DNA of 64,000 nt from Nitrospirales bacterium (GTDB lineage Bacteria > Nitrospirota > Nitrospiria > Nitrospirales > UBA8639): assembly GCA_963555755.3 (NCBI GenBank), contig OY820905.2:2304001-2368000 (forward strand), given 5' to 3'. The translations under genes and the position numbers were made by a program. The notes under the pieces are model-generated. The model ran no database searches. It saw only the letters and a program-made list of their open reading frames with translations, and had not been told where the DNA came from. Positions 1 to 8,367 of the stretch are shown in pieces (the first letter of the stretch is position 1; each line of letters begins with the position of its first letter).

Positions 1-2
1 CC

Positions 3-884
3 GAAGTCGTCACCTTAATTGGTTCGAAAGAAGGCATTGGCCATGTGCCTATGGGCTTTATTGATCCGGGCGATGTGGTGCTCGTGCCTAGCCCCGGGTA
101 TCCGGTGTATCCCGTGGCGGCCAGTTTCGCTGGCGGTACTGCGTTTGAGATGCCGCTTGTCAAACAAAACGGGTTTCTCCCGGATCTGGATGCCATCCCT
201 AAAGATATCCTCCAAAAAGCGAAACTGATGTTTTTGAATTCCCCGAATAATCCCACATCGGTCATTGCGGACACGGCGTTTTTCAAACGCGTGATTGACT
301 TTGCCAGAGAGCATCACATCATTGTGTGTCACGATGCGGCATACTCGGAAATTTTCTACGATGGGAAACGCCCGTCGAGTTTCTTGGAAGCGGAAGGCGC
401 CATGGATGTCGGCATTGAATTTCATTCCTTATCCAAGACCTTTAATATGACGGGATGGCGGATTGGGTTTGCGGTCGGCCGTGGGGAAGTGATTGCGGGC
501 TTGAGCCAAGTCAAAAGCAATTTGGATTCCGGTCAATTTCAAGCGATTCAAGAAGCCGGGATTGTGGCATTAGAATCTGACGATCAACTGACCAATGGAC
601 TGCGGGCTATTTATCAGGAACGGCGTGATGTATTGGTGGCGGGATTAAGAAATCTTGGGCTGCAATTTGATACGCCCTCCGCGGCTTTCTATGTGTGGAT
701 TGAGGTGCCCAAAGGATACACCTCTGCTTCCTTTACGGCACATTTATTAGAAAAGGCCGGAATCGTGACCACGCCAGGCAATGGCTTTGGCGCATCAGGT
801 GAAGGCTACATTCGTATGACCATCACGACACCCAAAGATAGGCTGGCCGAAGCGGTCGATCGGATGAAAAAAATTGGATGGTAG
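3..884 (+). CDS. dapL: LL-diaminopimelate aminotransferase (class I/II PLP aminotransferase), 5' end outside window
   Basis: Frame open from window start (EVVTLIGSKEGIGH); motifs PGYPVY, NSPNNPT, HDAAYSE, EFHSLSKTFNMTGWRIG. Confidence 0.85.
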   Translation, partial: EVVTLIGSKEGIGHVPMGFIDPGDVVLVPSPGYPVYPVAASFAGGTAFEMPLVKQNGFLPDLDAIPKDILQKAKLMFLNSPNNPTSVIADTAFFKRVIDFAREHHIIVCHDAAYSEIFYDGKRPSSFLEAEGAMDVGIEFHSLSKTFNMTGWRIGFAVGRGEVIAGLSQVKSNLDSGQFQAIQEAGIVALESDDQLTNGLRAIYQERRDVLVAGLRNLGLQFDTPSAAFYVWIEVPKGYTSASFTAHLLEKAGIVTTPGNGFGASGEGYIRMTITTPKDRLAEAVDRMKKIGW

Positions 885-900
885 GAAAGAGAAAGGCCAA

Positions 901-934
901 ATCCCCCAAACCCCCTTTGTCAAAGGGGGAACTT
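901..934. repeat. short REP-like palindrome (CCCCCTTTGTCAAAGGGGG)
   Basis: Hairpin ccccctttg-t-caaaggggg in the dapL-folK spacer. Confidence 0.5.
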
Positions 935-957
935 CTAAGAAAAATCTCAAAGAAATC

Positions 958-1515
958 ATGAGCACTGAAACCGTCTTTATTGCCTTTGGGTCGAACCAAG
1001 GAAACCGGCAAGACTTTTGTGATCGGGCCATTGCGCTCATGAAGCTTCTTCCTCAATCCCAGCTCACCGGTCTCTCTTCGTATTATGAGACAGAGCCCGT
1101 GGACATGGAAGGCGATCAGGACGACATGTGGTTTTATAATGGTGTCGTGCGAATTGACACTCAACTCCAACCCGAACACTTGTTGGCCATTTGCAAAGAA
1201 ACGGAACGCAGCCTTGGTCGTGATCCTCATGATCGAAATTGCCCTCGCACCATGGATTTAGACCTCTTATTTTATGGACAACGGGTCATCGATACCTCAC
1301 AGCTCACCATTCCACATCCCCACCTGCATCAACGTCGATTTGTCTTAATGCCGATGGCCGAACTTGACCCGGATTGGGTCCATCCTCAACTACACCAAAC
1401 TATTCAATCCTTGCTGGACAATCTCACGGATGTCCATCAGGTTCGAAAGTTGGACCTCGCTCCGGGGTCTCATTTCAACCCCCGACCATCGTGTTCTCCA
1501 CATCTTCCCACGTAA
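958..1515 (+). CDS. folK: 2-amino-4-hydroxy-6-hydroxymethyldihydropteridine diphosphokinase
   Basis: FIAFGSNQG, SSYYETEP, PRTMDLDLL, LTIPHPHLHQRRFVL; ATG at 958 chosen. Confidence 0.93.
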   Translation: MSTETVFIAFGSNQGNRQDFCDRAIALMKLLPQSQLTGLSSYYETEPVDMEGDQDDMWFYNGVVRIDTQLQPEHLLAICKETERSLGRDPHDRNCPRTMDLDLLFYGQRVIDTSQLTIPHPHLHQRRFVLMPMAELDPDWVHPQLHQTIQSLLDNLTDVHQVRKLDLAPGSHFNPRPSCSPHLPT

Positions 1516-2367
1516 ATGCGCACGATCCGAACAATTCAAGCCTTTCGAACCTGGCGACGCCGATACGATGTGCGCCAGACGTCAATCGGGTTTGTTCCGA
1601 CCATGGGAGCTATGCATGCTGGCCATCGGTCACTGATCCAACGTGCTCGTCGAACGTGTAACATAGTGGTGGTGAGCATCTTTGTGAATCCGCTCCAATT
1701 CGGCCCAACCGAGGATTACCGACGATACCCTCGAGACCTTTCCCGAGATCTCGCACTCTGTCGTGATAAAAATGTCGATGTCGTCCTCCTTCCCCAAGTA
1801 GAAGATCTGTTTCCTTCAGACTTTCAAACAACCGTCACCGTGAATGAACTTTCCCGACGATGGGAGGGGGAACATCGGCCCACTCATTTTCAAGGCGTGA
1901 CCACCATTGTGACCAAACTCTTGAACCTTGTTTGTCCGGCACGAACATTCCTTGGCCAAAAAGACTACCAACAATTTTTAGTAATCCAGCAATTGGTCAA
2001 AGACCTCGAATTGGACACACGCATAACCCTGTGCGCGACCGTTCGCGAATCCAATGGGTTAGCACTCAGTTCACGCAATCAGTACTTGACCGAAACGGAA
2101 CGCCAACAGGCTCTTCTCGTATATCAAGCTCTGTCGGCTGGTAAACACGCCATCGCCCAAGGTGTACGCCACTCACATGTGGTGGAAAAGAACATGGCCA
2201 AGATCATCAACAAAGAGCCACATAGCCTAATCGATTACTTGGCATGTTGTGATGCTCGAACCCTTGAACCGCTCACGCGTCTTCGGGATAAAGTGGTCTT
2301 ATTGGGAGCGGTTCGGATTGGGTCAATTCGATTAATCGATAATCTGATCGTTCAGATTCGAGAATAA
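1516..2367 (+). CDS. panC: pantoate--beta-alanine ligase
   Basis: GFVPTMGAMHAGH, SIFVNPLQF, RPTHFQGV, GQKDYQQ, ALSSRN, RLIDN. Confidence 0.96.
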   Translation: MRTIRTIQAFRTWRRRYDVRQTSIGFVPTMGAMHAGHRSLIQRARRTCNIVVVSIFVNPLQFGPTEDYRRYPRDLSRDLALCRDKNVDVVLLPQVEDLFPSDFQTTVTVNELSRRWEGEHRPTHFQGVTTIVTKLLNLVCPARTFLGQKDYQQFLVIQQLVKDLELDTRITLCATVRESNGLALSSRNQYLTETERQQALLVYQALSAGKHAIAQGVRHSHVVEKNMAKIINKEPHSLIDYLACCDARTLEPLTRLRDKVVLLGAVRIGSIRLIDNLIVQIRE

Positions 2368-2435
2368 CCACCACGGGATGTTGTGAACCTAGAAATGGCA
2401 GTTGGGCGCCCAACGGCCGTTTCTAGGTTGAAAGA

Positions 2436-3356
2436 TCAATCAGACTTGGCAGATTGGGCAGACTTGGCAGACTTAGCAGACTGGTCAGATTTGGCACAAC
2501 GAAATCCCACGTTAGGTGAACGCGTAGACGGTAGGGCGCCATTGCGTGTGGCGGTCCGAAGAAGTTGAGGGCGGCTTCGCCACGACCCGCCGCGCACACT
2601 TTTATACCGCCCCACCTCGGAACCTGGAGGGTTCCGTTCAGGCATCCGAGGATAATAATCTTGTCCGAACCAATCATTCACCCACTCCCGCACATTGCCA
2701 GCCATATGACTGAGTCCGTAGGGACTTCGCCCTTCTTCAAAACTGTCAACCGCCGCAACAAGTGGGATTTGATGAACATGGTAGAGGCCCGAGACCGCGA
2801 GATCCGGATCTGGAGCTTTGCTACCCCAGGGAAATAAACTTCCATCCGTTCCGCGTGCCGCTTTTTCCCATTCCGCTTCCGTTGGAAGCCTTTTTTTATG
2901 GACACGGCAAAACCTAACGGCCTCCTCCCAATCCATAAACATGGCCGGCCATCGCGCCATGACATAATCCGGAAGAACATGCACATCGATCAGATGCCAA
3001 ATAAGGTGACGGAGTTTGTGCGGAACAGGGAGCTCTTGTTGGTGTAGAAAGGCCAAATACTCTGCCATGCTCACTTCATCGCGATCGATAGAAAATGTAT
3101 CCAGCCAGATTCGTCGTTGCGGAAACTCCGTGTCGTCGTACTGCGTTTCCAATCCAAACGGATCATCATCTTTCCGGATCGTCCCCATCAGAAACCAGCC
3201 TTCGGGAATGTCGATTATCGGAGAAGGCTGAGCAAGCTTGGCAATTTCTTGAAGATGGCCTTTTAACTCTGGAGGCGGATCAGCTTCAACCTTGAGCGCA
3301 AAAGAAATAAAAGGATTCGCCAGAAATAGCACCCACACGATAACTTGAATTCCCAT
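2436..3356 (-). CDS. formylglycine-generating-enzyme (FGE-sulfatase/SUMF1) family protein; 5' end overlapped by IS30
   Basis: IPEGWFLMG, RLPTEAEWEKAARG, SPYGLSHMAGNVREW, RGGSW, GFRCA; nearest ATG (3356) lies inside the IS30 left inverted repeat. Confidence 0.85.
   Translation of the reverse strand: MGIQVIVWVLFLANPFISFALKVEADPPPELKGHLQEIAKLAQPSPIIDIPEGWFLMGTIRKDDDPFGLETQYDDTEFPQRRIWLDTFSIDRDEVSMAEYLAFLHQQELPVPHKLRHLIWHLIDVHVLPDYVMARWPAMFMDWEEAVRFCRVHKKRLPTEAEWEKAARGTDGSLFPWGSKAPDPDLAVSGLYHVHQIPLVAAVDSFEEGRSPYGLSHMAGNVREWVNDWFGQDYYPRMPERNPPGSEVGRYKSVRGGSWRSRPQLLRTATRNGALPSTRSPNVGFRCAKSDQSAKSAKSAQSAKSD
2441..2494 (-). repeat. 9-bp tandem repeat (CAGAYTKRK x6) encoding an AKS/AQS tail
   Basis: cagacttgg cagattggg cagacttgg cagacttag cagactggt cagatttgg. 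Confidence 0.85.
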
Positions 3357-4432
3357 AATAAGTGCACCACCTTCACGGTTGGCTAGCTGGTATATTCTCT
3401 GGCCGACCAAAGGAGGCGGTCCCAAGATGACACAACGTTATACTCAGCTGACCGAACCTGAGCGCTACCACTTGTACACGATGCGAAAGCCAACCACACC
3501 CTTTCGAGAGATTGCGAAGGGAATGGGGCGATCCCACACCACCCTGAGTCGGGAGGAAACGCGGAATACCGGCCAGCGGGGCTATCGCGACCAACAAGCC
3601 CAGCAGAAGGCGGGCCAGCGACACACGGACAAGCCCAAAGCCGTGAAGCTGACGGAGTCGGTGCTGGCGTATAGTCACGAGAAACTTCACGCCTGGTGGA
3701 GTCCAGAGCAAATATGTGGACGCGTGGGGCTCGAGCAGGGCGTCTCGTTACGCCCAGAAACGATCTATCGCGTGGGGCTGAAAGACCCGCAGCAAGGCGG
3801 GCAACTCTATCGGCACGTGCGCCACCACGCCACGCCGTACCGCAAGCGCTATGGCCGCAAGGAATATCGGGGACGCATCCCGGGCCGAGTCGATATTGCC
3901 GAGCGTCCGACCGTCGGGGACACCCAAGCACGGGTCGGCGATTGGGAAGCCGATTTAGTGATCGGCCGCGGGCATAACGGGGCCATCGTGACGCTGGCCG
4001 AGCGACGGTCTCGGCTCTATCTGGCGCTGCCGAGCGTGCGCAAAACCGCGGACTGGACCACACGGGCGATCCCCTCACTGTTCGCGGCGTTTAAGGACTG
4101 GACCCCCACCATCACCTCTGACAATGGCCGAGAGTTCAACGGCCACGCCACCATTGCCAAGGCCTTGGACTGCCAGGGCTTCGTTGCTCGCCCGTACCAC
4201 AGGTGGGAGCGAGGCTTACACGAGAATAGCAACGGGCGGCTCCGACAGTATTTTCCCAAGGAGATGCCACTCGACACGGTGTCCACGGAAGCGGTCACTG
4301 CCGCCGTGGAGGCCATGAATCATCGACCCCGGAAATGCTTGGGGTTTTAAACGCCTTGGGACGTGTTCTCGCGACTCACTCAATCAAATATTCAATTGAA
4401 AACCTGTGGTGCACTTATGGGTTGAATTCGCC
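3344..4432 (+). mobile_element. IS30-family insertion sequence
   Basis: Imperfect 27-bp IRs cttgaattcccataataagtgcaccac / gtggtgcacttatgggttgaattcgcc around an IS30 transposase. Confidence 0.88.
3427..4350 (+). pseudogene. IS30 transposase, heavily substituted, premature stop (LGF*TPW)
   Basis: WSPEQI, GDWEADL, TITSDNGREF, PYHRWERG, MNHRPRKCLGF; many non-conservative changes in family motifs. Confidence 0.85.
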
Positions 4433-4937
4433 GATTTAAACAATCGACACTATTTGGTTTTTTAATTTAAGGAACTTTTGGTCTCATAATTATTAGTTTT
4501 CGGCCGCCGGTTCGATTTCTACCGGGCCCGATTACTGGAATTGTCTTTTGCGGTTGGCCTTCTGGAGCAATTGTTTCATTTCCTTGATTTGAAGAGGCGT
4601 CTCATTAATCTGGATAATTCCTTCCGGTTGGAACTGAAAGGTGTATCCATAAAGGTGCGCATCGCCTTTCGGCAATACAATGTCCTGTCCCAGGCCTTCC
4701 AGAAGGAGGAGGAAGGGAATGCCTGGTATCAATTTCGGTTGGGTGTGGCGGGCATCGAGCAGGGTCAGCAAAAGCGGACCAATTCCATGAATCTCGCTTG
4801 TCACCTGTCCATGGATGGGGATTTGAGCTTCGGGGTCCGAGAGCTGTAATTGGCCACGAATCTTGATGTGGCTGTTCGGGTTTGAGGCGGTTAGGGTATC
4901 CAACTCCAAACGTGGTGCGGCGCGATAAATAATTTCT

Positions 4938-5949
4938 TATGCCTTCCCATTTAACTAAGGTTGCTTCAGTTTATTGAATCCCAAGGGTTTTGAGCTGCTG
5001 GTCAGGATTTTCAACAAACTCTGGAAGGTACTCATTGGAGTCTCACGGCGGTTATAGCGAAAGACAAACTCATCAAGATAGTGTTGCAGGTATTTTGAAT
5101 CCACTCCATGGTGAATCCCGTTCAGCCAGGTCTGCAGATTGCCGAACGCTCTATGGATGTGTGGAGCGTGCTTCCCAGCACTTGCTGGGTCACCCTGGGT
5201 CCGTCTCAGGTGTTCGTATCCTGCCAAGGCTTTTGCCGAGTATCCCTTCCAACCATCGGACTTGATCTTACTGCCCTCAGCGACATGGCTATTGAGGAAT
5301 GCTTTGATCTCGTTCTCTCCAGCGTCTTGAAGAATCGCTAATCGTAAACGCCCTGCTTTCTCTCGAAAGTGATCCCCTTGTGTGTACGTGACAATTTCTA
5401 CGGCTCCGGCTATTAACGTCTTGGTTTTCGCTTTCGCGACGCCACGGCCCGTTTTGCCTTTTACCGGTCCACCGATATGGGTTTCATCGGCTTCAACTGT
5501 TCCTGCGAGCCGTTCACGGTTCTGTCGTACCATTCCTCGTCGCAATCTGTGGAGCAAATACCAGGCGCTATCCACCTTCTTGATACTGAGTTGACGCTGC
5601 AATTGCACAGCACTGATGCCAGGTGTGTGCGTGGAGACGAAATAGGCAGCCCAAAACCAAAGCCGTAGCGGCAAGTGCGATCTATGCATCACTGTGCCGC
5701 TTAGCGGTGATGTCTGTCTATGACACGACGAACACTCAAACCGGAAATATTTTTTGAGCCACCAACCACCGCGATGACCGCAAGCTGGACACATAAACCC
5801 GTCTGGCCACCGAATCGCCCGCAAGTACTCGAAGCACGCTTCTTCGGTGTGGAACCTAACAGAAAAATCCAAGATATCAGCAGCATACCCTGTGTCCATA
5901 GTCCAGCAGACTAGTCTAGGGACTAACCTTAGTCAAATGGGAAGGCATA
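4938..5949 (-). mobile_element. IS1595-family element, complete, 8-bp target duplication TAATTTCT
   Basis: IRs tatgccttcccatttaactaagg / ccttagtcaaatgggaaggcata; DR at 4930-4937 and 5950-5957. Confidence 0.93.
4955..5899 (-). CDS. IS1595 transposase
   Basis: Zn ribbon CPAC..CSSC, GISAVQLQRQL, VEADET, SDGWKGY, YLDEFVFRYNRR. Confidence 0.93.
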   Translation of the reverse strand: MDTGYAADILDFSVRFHTEEACFEYLRAIRWPDGFMCPACGHRGGWWLKKYFRFECSSCHRQTSPLSGTVMHRSHLPLRLWFWAAYFVSTHTPGISAVQLQRQLSIKKVDSAWYLLHRLRRGMVRQNRERLAGTVEADETHIGGPVKGKTGRGVAKAKTKTLIAGAVEIVTYTQGDHFREKAGRLRLAILQDAGENEIKAFLNSHVAEGSKIKSDGWKGYSAKALAGYEHLRRTQGDPASAGKHAPHIHRAFGNLQTWLNGIHHGVDSKYLQHYLDEFVFRYNRRETPMSTFQSLLKILTSSSKPLGFNKLKQP

Positions 5950-6004
5950 TAATTTCTTTTGTACGGCTATCCACTGGTTCGACCGGACCGGAGGAAACCC
6001 CTTC

Positions 6005-6888
6005 TTCAGCCAGGTCTGCAGATTGCCGAACGCTCTATGGATGTGTGGAGCGTGCTTCCCAGCACTTGCTGGGTCACCCTGGGTCCGTCTCAGGTGTTCG
6101 TATCCTGCCAAGGCTTTTGCCGAGTATCCCTTCCAACCATCGGACTTGATCTTACTGCCCTCAGCGACATGGCTATTGAGGAATGCTTTGATCTCGTTCT
6201 CTCCAGCGTCTTGAAGAATCGCTAATCGTAAACGCCCTGCTTTCTCTCGAAAGTGATCCCCTTGTGTGTACGTGACAATTTCTACGGCTCCGGCTATTAA
6301 CGTCTTGGTTTTCGCTTTCGCGACGCCACGGCCCGTTTTGCCTTTTACCGGTCCACCGATATGGGTTTCATCGGCTTCAACTGTTCCTGCGAGCCGTTCA
6401 CGGTTCTGTCGTACCATTCCTCGTCGCAATCTGTGGAGCAAATACCAGGCGCTATCCACCTTCTTGATACTGAGTTGACGCTGCAATTGCACAGCACTGA
6501 TGCCAGGTGTGTGCGTGGAGACGAAATAGGCAGCCCAAAACCAAAGCCGTAGCGGCAAGTGCGATCTATGCATCACTGTGCCGCTTAGCGGTGATGTCTG
6601 TCTATGACACGACGAACACTCAAACCGGAAATATTTTTTGAGCCACCAACCACCGCGATGACCGCAAGCTGGACACATAAACCCGTCTGGCCACCGAATC
6701 GCCCGCAAGTACTCGAAGCACGCTTCTTCGGTGTGGAACCTAACAGAAAAATCCAAGATATCAGCAGCATACCCTGTGTCCATAGTCCAGCAGACTAGTC
6801 TAGGGACTAACCTTAGTCAAATGGGAAGGCATATAATTTCTTTTGTACGGCTATCCACTGGTTCGACCGGACCGGAGGAAACCCCTTC
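6005..6888 (-). repeat. 884-bp tandem duplication of 5121-6004 (truncated IS1595 copy plus 55 bp of host gene)
   Basis: Same sequence at offset 884 (ATG 5899 vs 6783); the second transposase (5929-6783) lacks the C-terminal YLDEF segment. Confidence 0.92.
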
Positions 6889-8367
6889 TGGAGAGGCTGC
6901 CAACACAGTATTCAGTAATTCGATGATTGGGAGGGAGGACACCGTGAGGTCCAGCTCTGCTTCGGTTGGTAATAAGTCGGGTGGTACGCCTTGGTGAATG
7001 ACCCTCAGTCCTGCCACTTTGAACCCTAACTGGATAAACCCCATAGCAGCGAGGGCATCTAGCTCAGTGCGTATGGTTAAAGTATCGTAAGACCAGATTT
7101 GCTTTTCTCCCCGGGGCAGGGAGAACTCTGTCATCATAGTCCAATCCTGATCGTTGGAGGATGTCTTCTCGTCGAAGCGAGGTGCTGGCATGGGACGAGA
7201 TTCGGCATGATCAATGTCTAGTAGGTCATTCTGACGAGCAGACTGTGGAACCTCCACATTGGTCATTCGGCTGCTCTCGTCTTGGAGTGGCGCTTCATCT
7301 ACGAACTTCCTCTCGTCATTTTTTGTGGCACTGCTCTTCTCAAGCCGCGGTACAAGCATGGCCGCGGGGGCTGCTGACTTCCTATCAGACATAGTTCTTG
7401 GATCAGTGGATGTCCATTGGTCTGACTGGATGACTTTCACGTACCGCATGTCCTCAGTGGCAATATCCAGAACGGCATGTCCCCATGGTCCGATATGATT
7501 CTTTTTATTGGCGGTGGTCGAGTCGTGACCAACAAAGAACTGGGTCCACGTGGAAACACTCACGTCACGAGTCTGTACGCCTATGGCGAGAGAGCCGATT
7601 TCTACATAGACAGATTCGGCACCTTTGACTCCAACCACTAGGTTGCTGAGGCTGAGAGAACTACTCCCTGTCCATACATGTGTTTCATCAGGAGTGTCCG
7701 ATACCTCGAAGGTGATCGTGGCCTGATCAAATTCCATTCCTTCGCCATCCCGTTCACGTAGTTTAAAAGAAAGTCCTTCACCGTGGCCGAAGATGTGAGT
7801 CAACCTCTCCAAGTTTGTTTGCCATCGTCCTCCCAGTTGAAGAGTGTGAATATTGACCTCGGTTTTCATTTCGAGTGTTTCACTGGTCAGGCGAGCTCCA
7901 TTGAGTATACGGATCTGGATATCAAAGTTCTTAGGGGCACTAGGTGTTACCGCCACCTCGACGTTTCCAAGCATTGCCATGGTGCCGTTTTTCCATGCAA
8001 CCTGTGCATTGGGAAATGTCACGATAACCGTCGTGTCTTGCTGTATTGCCGTGATGGGTGAGGCCACGCTGATGAATGGTTGGTCAGGCATCTCACGGGT
8101 ATGGGTCTGGATAAACTGAATGATGTGCTTGGTTACCTGAGCCTCTTGGGAGCCAGCGGGGAGTGGGGCTACGGGCAGGTGATGATTGCTCGAGGATTGG
8201 TTGGCGGTCACCGCCCACGGACTGACCCACAGGATGGCAACTGTTGAAACTATGAACAGATTAACAATGAGGCCCCTTGCTCGCGCAGGCCGGGGATCGA
8301 GGATCAGAGATTCACGATGGGCCAAACGGGAGGGAGGTGTGACATGGTTCAGGCTCATGGCATCATC

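Larger units (their letters stand above)
4532..8358 (-). pseudogene. about 640-aa exported hypothetical protein split by IS1595 (fragments 6834-8358 and 4532-4929)
   Basis: Removing 4930-6833 restores one frame ...SRTKEIIYRAAPRLELDTLTAS...; N-terminal hydrophobic segment. Confidence 0.85.
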
